Shown here piece by piece: positions 10,206 through 20,625 of a DNA stretch of 29,345 bases; position 1 is the stretch's first letter, and the number at the start of each line of letters is the position of its first letter. The DNA is from Macrostomum lignano (Eukaryota). The translations under genes were made by a program, and so were the position numbers. The stretch is taken from positions 1 to 29,345 of the forward strand of contig NIVC01004989.1 of assembly GCA_002269645.1 (NCBI GenBank), given 5' to 3'. The notes under the pieces are model-generated. The model was not told the origin of the DNA. It made no database searches and saw nothing but the letters and a program-made list of their open reading frames with translations.

Positions 10206-13200
10206 TTCAAACAGATTCATATCATCTGCTTGGTTACCAGGTTCTGCAGCATCATGACTTCTTGTACTTCTTTCTGCATCGTCGTTTCCGCCACTGTTTC
10301 CGCAACCGCTTCCACCACCGTTTCCGCCACCGCTTCCGCCACCGCTTCCGCCACTGCTTCCGCCACCGCTTTCGCCACTGTTTCCGCCACTGTTTCCGCC
10401 ACCATTTCCGCCACTGTTTCTGCAACCGCTTCCGCCACCGCTTCCGCCACCGCTTCCGCCACCGCTTCCGCCACCGCTTCCGCCACCGCTTCCGCCACCG
10501 CTTCCACCACCGCTTCCGCCACTGTTTCCGCCATTGTTTCCACCACCATTTCCGCCACCATTTCCGCCACCATTTCCGCCACCGCTTCCGCCACTGTTTC
10601 CGCCACTGTTGCCGCCACCGCTTCCGCCACTGTTGCCGCCAGCGCTTCCGCCACTGTTTCCGCCACTGTTTCCGCCACCGCTTCCGCCACTGTTTCCGCC
10701 ACTGTTTCCGCCACCGCTTCCGCCACTGTTTCCGCCACTGTTTCCGCCAACGCTTCCGCCACTGTTTCCGCCACTGTTTCCGCCACTGTTTCCGCCACTT
10801 TTTCCGCCACTGTTTCCGCCACTGTTTCCGCCACTGTTTCCGCCAACGCTTCCGCCACTGTTTCCGCCACTGTTTCCGCCACTGTTTCCGCCACTGTTTC
10901 CGCCAACGCTTCCGCCACTGTTTCCGCCACTGTTTCCGCCACTGTTTCCGCCAACGCTTCCGCCACTGTTTCCGCCACTGTTTCCGCCACTGTTTCCGCC
11001 ACCATTTCCGCCACTGTTTCCGCCACCATTTCCGCCACCATTTCCGCCACCATTTCCGCCACTGTTTCCGCCGCTGTTTCCGCCACCATTTCCGCCACTG
11101 TTTCCGCCACCATTTCCGCCACCATTTCCGCCACCATTTCCGCCACTGTTTCCGCCACTGTTTCCGCCACTGTTTCCGCCACTGTTTCCGCCAACGCTTC
11201 CGCCACTGTTTCCGCCACTGTTTCCGCCACTGTTTCCGCCACTGTTTCCGCCACCATTTCCGCCACCGCTTCCGCCACTGTTTCCGCCACCATTTCCGCC
11301 ACCGCTTCCGCCACTGTTTCCGCCACTGTTTCCGCCAACGCTTCCGCCACTGTTTCCGCCACCATTTCCGCCACTGTTTCCGCCACCATTTCCGCCACCA
11401 TTTCCGCCACCATTTCCGCCACCGCTTCCACCACTGTTTCCGCCACTGTTTCCGCCACCATTTCCGCCACTGTTTCCGCCACCATTTCCGCCACTGTTTC
11501 CGCCACCATTTCCGCCACCGCTTCCGCCACTGTTTCCGCCACTGTTTCCGCCACTGCTTCCGCCACCGCTTCCGCCACCGCTTCCGCCATTGTTGCCGCC
11601 ACCATTTCCGCCACCATTTCCGCCACCATTTCCGCCACCGCTTCCGCCACTGTTTCCGCCACTGTTTCCGCCACTGCTTCCGCCACCGCTTCCGCCACTG
11701 TTTCCGCCACTGCTTCCGCCACCGCTTCCGCCATTGTTGCCGCCACCATTTCCACCACCATTTCCGCCACCATTTCCGCCACCGCTTCCGCCACTGTTTC
11801 CGCCACTGTTTCCGCCACCATTTCCGCCACTGTTTCCGCCACCATTTCCGCCACTGTTTCCGCCACCATTTCCGCCACCGCTTCCGCCACTGTTTCCGCC
11901 ACTGTTTCCGCCACTGCTTCCGCCACCGCTTCCGCCACCGCTTCCGCCATTGTTGCCGCCACCATTTCCGCCACCATTTCCGCCACCATTTCCGCCACCG
12001 CTTCCGCCACTGTTTCCGCCACTGTTTCCGCCACTGCTTCCGCCACCGCTTCCGCCACTGTTTCCGCCACTGCTTCCGCCACCGCTTCCGCCATTGTTGC
12101 CGCCACCATTTCCACCACCATTTCCGCCACCATTTCCGCCACCGCTTCCGCCACTGTTTCCGCCACTGCTTCCGCCACCGCTTCCGCCATTGTCTTTTTC
12201 GTCTCCCTCTCCACCATTCGTACTAGTTCTTTTAGCGCAACTTTTTTCCCCTTGTAAGCGTGTAGGTTTGACGCCCCTGTCTAAATATTTTATCAATAGC
12301 ACCAATTTTCTGATTCCAAATTCTGTGAGAAGATCAATGATAGAGTAATTAAAAATTTCTTGATGAACGAGAGGCCTATTCAACCGACTATCTTCAGCAA
12401 TATCATTTAGTTTACCACAAAATCGCAGAAACTGTTCAACTGCGCTCAGATATTTATCGTCGCCAACTTCAACCGAACAACCGACATTTGAGCTATTTTT
12501 ATTAACTTCTTTACCGTCACCATCACTGCAGTACTTTGCGGTCTTAGCGTGACCTTTGAGTGAATCTTCACCATTTTTTGCTGCACGTGTATCTCCATCG
12601 CTCTTTAAAGTACATACAGACTCAGGCTGAGTCGGATCAGTAGTGTCGTCATTGCCACATGTTTCCGATTCGCTCATAGAAATTCGATGGCTACTCATTT
12701 CATAGATTCTGCAAAGCAATTAAAAATAAATGATGCTGCAGTTTCTACTTCGTCAGCCTAAGACTGATTATTCCTACCTGGACCTGATGAAGGCCTCCAC
12801 TTCCGAGTGCTTCATGCGTCTGGCCCACTCCTCGGCTGTCAAATCGAAATCGCCTTTCACCTGCCAGTCTTTGACATCCTTAACAAACGGAGCCAGCGCT
12901 CCGATGGCGTCGAGGTTCCCCTCCTTGGCGCACAAAATGATCGGCGTGTTGTCGCAGCAGTCCGGCAGTCGGTGGTCGGCTCCAGCCTCCAGGAGGGCGC
13001 TGACCACGTCAGCAGCGTTCCTCTCCGCTGCGTGCGCGAGGGCGGTGAGGCCCTGAATGTCCTGGAAGGGAGCCGGTTAGGAAAAACTATGGCTAATTGG
13101 GAGTCAATTTAGAGCAACACCTGGTCTGCCAAGATATTTTAAAGACTCTAACCTGACAGTCGACATCCAGACCCAGCTGCCTGTGCTGGAGCAGCAGCTC

Positions 13201-13380
13201 TATCATTTTGACATCTTTGTTTATTGCAGCTAGGATCAGCGCGTTCCTTCTGCAGTAGTCTTTGTCTTCCAGAGATGCAAAATCCTCAGGCCGATCCCTC
13301 AGGTACTGCTCCACCGCTGTGAGATCATTTTCCTTAACTTTCACCAGGAAATGGGTCTTGCCGCTGATGTCGCGCGTCAT
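9588..13380 (-). CDS. Ankyrin-repeat / Gly-rich / caspase-like (predicted pseudo-caspase) protein, paralogue 1; 3 exons, 1210 aa
   Basis: join(complement) 13153..13380, 12778..13061, 9588..12708 = 3633 nt, open from ATG to TGA. Introns 13062..13152 (91 nt, CAG|GTTAGA...TTCCAG, phase 0) and 12709..12777 (69 nt, AG|GTAGGA...TTGCAG, phase 2). Ankyrin motifs: RNALILAAINKDVKMIELLL, GLTALAHAAERNAADVVSALLEAGAD, NTPIILCAKEGNLDAIGAL. Same intron positions and phases as paralogue 2. Confidence 0.88.
10281..12190 (-). repeat. Coding 12-bp tandem repeat (GGCGGAAACAGT and variants) encoding about 630 aa of GGNS/GGNG/GGSG
   Basis: In frame throughout exon 3 of paralogue 1; contains a 360-bp higher-order duplication (11461-11760 identical to 11821-12120). 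Confidence 0.92.
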
Positions 13381-13711
13381 TTCTGCCTGTCTGGGTGAGT
13401 CAGATTCAGCTGCTTAAAAATGAATTTAGAACAATATACTCGTACAAACATGGATCTTGTCTATGGCTCCTTTATAGCCAATCAACAATGCCATAATCAT
13501 TTAATATTGCTCATAAGCTTCAATATTCAAATTTCTAGCTTATATTTTAAATTCGTTTCGACCATAGACAAACGGTCTCGTCGACTTTTGAGCAGATATG
13601 CATGGAAAGCTCAAGTAGAGTGACGACGCTACCACGATTTTCTTGGGAATGAGATGGAGGCCTATAAGGAATCAAGGAGTTATCAAGTTGTCCTTGTAAG
13701 GAATATATATT

Positions 13712-14521
13712 TGCTCATCTGAAATAGTCTATGGTCGAGTTCTTTCCTCCAAACTTGGAATTTACCCCCCTAGGAATCTATTGGCTGATGAAAGTTAAAA
13801 ATAATCCCCCGTAGGACTTGATTGGCTGCTGAATCAGTCTATCAAATACATCTTTGGATTTCCTTCAAATTTTCAGCAGCTAGACATGCTTGTAGGTAGA
13901 AAAGCCCAAATAAAGCATCACGCTGTTGCCTGCGGACGTCTCACCGGTCCTGATCATTAATCACAATGAGACTGGAATGGACGACCGGTGTGAGCCTTAA
14001 CTGGTTTTGTTTTTTATTTAATAGCGAGGGTTGAAATTACGTCTCCAATTGCTGTCTAGGATAATCCTCTTGGGGCAAGGATCTTCCTCCTTAACACTAA
14101 GGTTGAAGTGATAACAAATGTTACCGACTTTAAACGACCAGTGTTCGTTATCGGAGCAGTACATAATTATTAAGATGCCGATTATTAATATAGCTAGCTC
14201 TAGGTGCATAAAATTCCTAAATTATGAATTAATAATTATGGTCGCTGCCACCAGTCCAATGTTCCTACTATTAAGATGTAAATATAGAGTTAACAGGTAA
14301 CACAGAGACACAGAGACAGAAGCATACTGCTACAATATTCTTTGAAAACACTCAAAGTCAAACTCACACCCCGATCTTCGAATTCCCCCTGACTGATTCA
14401 GCAGCCAGTCAAGTCCTACGGGGGATTATTTTTAACTTTTATCAGCCAATAGATTACTAGGGGGGGTAAATTCCAAAAGTTTGGAGGAAAGAACTCGACC
14501 ATAGACTATTTCAGATGAGCA
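13712..14521. repeat. ~130-bp inverted repeat pair (13712..13839 and 14391..14521) around a ~550-bp spacer; MITE/foldback-like
   Basis: The arms are reverse complements with only a few substitutions and small indels. No TSD found. The motif CGACCATAGACTATTT recurs near 9132. Confidence 0.8.
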
Positions 14522-16176
14522 CTCCAGTGTATTCCTTCATCCATGGCTAGGCGCTTTCCAGAGGTAAGTACTCGCTTCTAGAATAATGTTCAAATATTTT
14601 CGTGGGGAAAAACTTACATATGTTTACCGTAGAACACTTGAACTGTTGGACTGTCTTTCTTCTAATAGTTGTGTGCTGTATTGTTAGAGATTGTTTAAAT
14701 ACGTTTATAACGTCGCAGAGCAAAAAGTGTTTTTCTGTGCAGTCGTTTCTTGTTATGACAGACAACAACGCTCTTTCGTCTATTATGCAGCGATTCTATA
14801 CATATCGCGTCATTTCTACTCAACAAGGTTCGGTGCAGTGCTCTCAAAATGAGTCTTCTATATGAGAATACTTTATAAATATTAATAGTTCAACCTTAAA
14901 GCATCTCTGGATGAAAACTCTGATGATGTTTTGTTGTGTACTTGCTTTGCAGCTTGCTTATTGTGTACGAGTGGGGTTAAAATAGCAAATGATGCTCATG
15001 TACTAAAAATGGTTGTCGGTATCTATCTAGTAAAGCGCTAAAACTTTAAACTCTGGGATGCTAGCTCGCACTTAAAGAATTTCAGTCTTTCGAATTTCGA
15101 CGCTTCGTTAACACACTCAGGTCACCGACCTTTTTGTCTGCATAGCAGAAGTGAAGCTTTCAAACTCAGTCAATAGATGCTAAGGTAACTAATACGTATC
15201 AGAACAAAAAGCTAGGTAAAACGTAACAGTAACTTACGAACAGGACTTTTATCACACGTAAATATGTATGGGACGTATTACGTTGACCTCAATAGTTCCA
15301 AATCGTTGCTGAAGTCGAACAGAAGATTATGATAGCACGTTTATAGAAATTCCAACAAGCTACATGTAGCTACTTCTTGCGTTTAAAACGACAAAAACTC
15401 AGCCATAAAATATGCTGGCTAAAAGTTATAAAACTTGAGTTTCCGGTGTTTTGCTTACAAGCATATACCCAAGTAATATCATCGTGCAATTCTGATCTGG
15501 AATTGTTATGATTTCGAAACTGAAAAGTTACTTTTCTTTAAGTGAACATTTACTTTTAGAAAACTTTTGCATCAAAAACCTGACGCAGGAAATACACATC
15601 GTAATGTTTCTGAAGCAAGGACAGGCTCAGCCTTAAGCTGTGCCCCAATAAAGTATGCAATATGAACTTCAAACGTATACGATTCTTGATAGTTCAAAGA
15701 TACAGCGACCCAGTACGGTGAATAAATACATCTGAAAAAATATGCTAAAGGCAGAACAAAGGCCAGCTATGCAAGTTCAAGATGTTTATCTACAGATGAC
15801 GCCCATCGCAGGTTGCAAAAACTGTCGCCAAGGCAGCAATCCGCAGGTCACAAAGCAAGAGGATCGGGGAAACACGATAGAATTGGATCATCTCTGCAGC
15901 GGATGACAGGACAGTCCGCAAATATCTAGGAGATTAAAACAGATCTAAAAGTACATCAAAGTACAAACACAAGCTCCGAGTCCATCGCAAAGTTTAGCAT
16001 AATGAAAGTAGCAAAGAAGTAACGCCAGCAGAGGACGGTACGGTCTTCACATTCTGAACCCCAGGGTTATACTTTAGTAGAATATTGCAGATAAAGTGTC
16101 AAAGCTATCAGCAACTAAAGACAATCTCAACTTAAACTTTGCATATTAAACAATGTAAGAAATCTTCAACTCTCTG

Positions 16177-16800
16177 TCATTGCAGGTACAACTGCTTGCA
16201 AAGGTAATTGTCAAAGAACGGATTTTGAATTCTGTTTGTTTGAAGCTGCGTTATGCCACGCACGTGCGCCATTGTGAGCGTAAACTCCTCGCTCACCTGA
16301 TTCCATGAATTCTTCTCTACATGCTCGCTAAAACAGCTGAAAAAGTCGCTGCCCTGCATGTCCTCGGTGACCGAGTGGCTGCAGATGTACAGGCAATTCT
16401 CGTGACTGTTGTGAATTCGTTCTGGTAAACTAAACACTCGGCCATTCGCGTCTCTGTGGTCAAGGCTGCCCTGCACTATGAATAGATTTACATCTGCCCT
16501 GGGATGAAGGAGAGCCATCATGTAGTCAACCCTAATTGAGCAAAAGTCCACAAGAAACTGAGCAACAAGGCCAGACTGTGGGCTCATAAATCGTGCTAAG
16601 GAGGGTTGGTCCAGATCTGCAGCAGTGCTCGGCTTGAGATGATTCTTCAAGTCCTTCATCTTTCGGATAATTTTTCCGATTGATGCCGTAATTTCATTAG
16701 TGGCCTGCATCCTGTATATTTGCCCTGTCGAATCCACTAGAGAACTAACGGAAATGATATATGCCGCTTTAGTTTGAAATCCGTAGCTTTCTAAGACTGT
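16177..16800 (-). other. Caspase-fold domain of paralogue 2, catalytic His and Cys apparently substituted
   Basis: KAAYIISVS, AADLDQPSLARF, QFLVDFCSIR, NLFIVQGS, CLYICSHS, GSDFFSCF (cf. GSWFIQSL), IQNPFFDNYLCKQLYLQ. Blocks are conserved with paralogue 1. Confidence 0.7.
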
Positions 16801-18830
16801 TTCTAAGTCAGTCTGCCGATTGCGGCACCCACCAGCAATTCTTTGACCTCCTCCACCCCCTCCTCCACCGCCTCCTCCACCGTCTCCTCCACCGTCTCCT
16901 CCACCGTCTCCTCCACCGTCTCCTCCACCGTCTCCTCCACCGCCTCCTCCACCGCCTCCTCCACCGTCTCCTCCACCGTCTCCTCCACCGTCTCCTCCAC
17001 CGCCTCCTCCACCGCCTCCTCCACCGCCTCCTCCACCGCCTCCACCGCCTCCACCGCCTCCTCCACCGCCTCCACCGCCTCCACCGTCTCCACCGCCTCC
17101 TCCACCGCCTCCACCGCCTCCACCGTCTCCTCCACCGTCTCCTCCACCGTCTCCTACACCGCCTCCTCCACCGCCCAGTCCACTGCCTCCTACACCGCCT
17201 TCTGCACCGCCACCTCCACCACTGAATCCTTCGCCATCTCCTTCATCGATTCCGTCATCCTTATCGCCATGTGTTCCACCCTGTTTATCAGAGGCGCCGC
17301 TAAGCATGCTCTTCTTTAACGAACTGTCGCAGTTGACTTTGTTTACTTCAGCTAAAAGCATGAGTAGAAATCGTTTCGCAGGGCTTGTACTGTGCTTAAG
17401 TTGAATTCCGCTTAATGTGTAGGCAATAAGCACGGATAAAATTGACTTCCCAGTAACGCTGTGCTCAATGCTTTTTAGCCCGCTATCATTGCCTTTTCCA
17501 TGCCTGTGCTCTTTACCGTCTTCTATTTTCCGATCAGAAACGACCTCTCCGTCACAGAACGCTGTTCCGATGTGTTCAAAAAGTTGGTCCGTTTCCGAAT
17601 AAAGCTGCTCGACATTGCTTGCAGTGCTGCCGCTTTGACCACTGCTACGAGTCTCCATTAGCACGAGTGAGGACATCTTGTGGCCTTCGTTCAGCTGATT
17701 GTTTCTGCTGTCCTTAGAGCCGCCATTTCCAATGTCAATAATTGTTATTTTCAACATTTTCTTTATCAGCGTAGCGAGCTCCTTGACGAGTTGAGTGATC
17801 AGTCGAGTGAATTTATCATGCATCGAAGAGTATTTGACCTCTTTTTTAGTTGACTTGAAAACTTCTGCGCGAACGATTTTATCAACATTTTGATCGACGT
17901 TGCCTTTGCGTTGCTCTGTCACGCACATTTCGCTCTCTTCAAGTGGCGCGATCCCAACCTGGTTGTCAGTGTCGCCAAGCTGATCAAATTTTATTGATTG
18001 ACCGATACGACTTTGAGAACACTCTCGACTGCCAGAGCATAGTTCCTTGATTCTGAGAAGCGAAAGAAATGATGCAGTTAACATTTTACTGCGGTAACGA
18101 GCAACTCTTATTTGTAAATCAAAAGCAGAGCTAAAACAGACTGAGCTTACCTGGACCTGATGAAGGCCTCCACTTCCGAGTGCTTCATGCGTCTGGCCCA
18201 CTCCTCGGCTGTCAAATCGAAATCGCCTTTCACCTGCCAGTCTTTGACATCCTTAACAAACGGAGCCAGCGCTCCGATGGCGTCGAGGTTCCCCTCCTTG
18301 GCGCACAAAATGATCGGCGTGTTGTCGCAGCAGTCCGGCAGTCGGTGGTCGGCTCCAGCCTCCAGGAGGGCGCTGACCACGTCAGCAGCGTTCCTCTCCG
18401 CTGCGTGCGCGAGGGCGGTGAGGCCCTGAATGTCCTGGAAGGGTTGGTCGGTATTTGTTTACTTGCAGTCGCCAGGGCTTTTGAGCACAGCCCTGAGCAC
18501 GCACAAGCATGGATACGAAGCTACGCAGGCACTTGCTCACACAGGGTATACCGCGGCCTTGACTTTTTCAATATCCAGACACAGAAGTTTCTACGGTAGT
18601 ATGAAGAATCTTACCCGACAGTCAATTTTCAAGTTCCAGCTCCTGTTCTGAAGCAGCAAATTCGTCATCGGAAGGTCTTTATTAATGGCAGCTAGAATCA
18701 AGGCATTCCGTTCGCAGTAGTCTTTGTCTGCCAGAGCTTCACAAACTCCATCGCTATTAGCTAGGTAGTTCTTCACAGCTTCGTAAATTCCGCTCTTCAC
18801 CTTTCTTAGAAAGTCGCTCCTGCCGCTCAT
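16177..18830 (-). CDS. Ankyrin-repeat / Gly-rich / caspase-like (predicted pseudo-caspase) protein, paralogue 2; 3 exons, 791 aa from ATG 18830
   Basis: join(complement) 18615..18830, 18151..18434, 16177..18052 = 2376 nt, open to TGA. Introns 18435..18614 (180 nt, CGG|GTAAGA...TTCCAG, phase 0) and 18053..18150 (98 nt, AG|GTAAGC...TCTCAG, phase 2). Homologous to paralogue 1 in ankyrin exons and C-terminal domain. The start may lie further upstream. Confidence 0.86.
16849..17236 (-). repeat. Coding Gly-rich repeat (GGDG/GGGG; GGTGGAGGAGAC-type 9-12 bp units), about 130 aa
   Basis: In frame within exon 3 of paralogue 2, immediately before the caspase-like domain. Confidence 0.9.
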
Positions 18831-20625
18831 GTCTCGCTCTTTCGCCAGCGGCGGCTGAGTAATAATGTCTGAAGTTTTGGGGCGATATTGTTTGTTCAAT
18901 AACAAAGTGACATCCGCTTGAATGTGCTTTGCACATCTTGCAACTTACCATTAGAGATTTCGTCAGAATGATCTTCCTTTTTGTCAGGCATTGTGGGTTC
19001 TCTCCAATAATCAGGTCTTTTCTGTGTTGAACAAAGAATTCACTAATTTTTGGCTACTCTGAATCTCTAAGGAATCGCTGTTCAAAGTTGCTTAGCACAA
19101 GAAGGCTTGGCAAATTGTATTAAATCTTGATAAGACTGCTTCTAACCAAGGCATTTAACCAGATAAGCTCCAGCTACATGGATCTTCTTAAGTAGCTAAA
19201 TGCATAAAGAAAACCGTGCGACTGCTGTTCTGCAGGTACTGCGGTTGCAAAGCTGCGCACAGTACGGCCCGATGAACAATACAAGGACAGGGCTCGCAGC
19301 TGAAGCATCTGTCTCTCTTAAACACAGTTTCGCGCTCAATATTTTATCTTGAATGCTTTCATAAGCATTACCTTATTTCTTTTCTTTAGGGCTCGAAATT
19401 GTTCGAGTCTGCAGCGTGTTACGAGCGTAGACTAGGCCGGGCCATGGACCTCTAAGAATCTGGCTTGGAAGCAGTGTCTATTCATCATTTGACCAATAAA
19501 CGAAATTATTTAGACACCTGGGAAACTTTGAAATTTTCCGCTGAAGCGTGCGAGTTGGCTTCTGATCCAAGTAACCAAAGAGGTCCCTGGCCATAGATAC
19601 AGACTTAAGGGCAGCTTAGACTAGAATTTTTGAAGTGCATATATGAATAGTTACTAAAAATAGAATTTATCATGTGACCAAACATAAAGCTACATATTAA
19701 AAGAGAGACGCAGAAAACATTTTAGCTGGCAGCAAACAATTATTTTGTTTAAATGTGTCCAACCGTCTATTGCAATACATTACTTTCTAGTTATATCTTT
19801 TGCTAGAAATTGGATTTCCGGGTGCAGTGTGCTTTCTCTAATAAACTGCGTTTAGGATTAATAAAAATCCGACATAAAAACTTTTAAGCAAAAAATTCCA
19901 AAATTTTGTCAGCTGGAAAATAAATATGAAATGTCACGGGTAAAAAACGTTGGTAATTTTAAAACTGTTATTATTATTATACTGTATATATTAATCTATT
20001 ATCCTATCTATACATGTCTTGTGCCTAAAATCATAAAAATGGCACAGGTCGACTCATTGGTTTCATTAATCTATCAGTATTTTATCATTCTTAGCTTATT
20101 ACTGTGCAACTGAAAGGTGTAACAGAATGATAAAATAGATTCATAAAATCAGTGAGTCGAGCCGTGCCATCAACGGAATTTTATGCACTTAAGATGGCAA
20201 TTATATGTTGAACTTGAGTAGGATATGCTGTTGGATAATTGGCCGGAAAAAATCTAGGTGCATGATCGTCAGGTTTATTACTAGCTCGCAGGAGCACAAA
20301 TTAAACAATGACAACGAATATACGAGGTAATATATAACATTTCTGATGAGACGAAGACAGTGAGCAGTCATAATTCGTATCGTATGTACAATAAGATTTG
20401 GCATATGCACTGGAGTCCATAGCCAGTGGGCAATGTTCAATTCGGGTCGATTTTTCACTTTAAAAGTGTGCACAGAAACCCGTCAGTGCTCACTATTGCT
20501 CATTCTCAGATAACACTGAGAACACTACCTGTGCCACTATGTTGCCTCAAGGATATTTTTAAGCTAGTTTACAAGCCTGTAAGCTAGGGACAAGATTGCT
20601 TGACAACTATAGCAACATCTGTTGT

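Noticed and set aside
10107-12348. Alternative-frame ORFs over the Gly array (ATVS antifreeze-like, poly-Pro, RHCF, AETV)
   Set aside because: Shadow frames of the 12-bp repeat; only the Gly frame connects to ankyrin exons and the conserved C-terminal domain.
16803-17319. EEAV-rich and SSTV-rich ORFs
   Set aside because: Shadow frames of the paralogue 2 Gly repeat.
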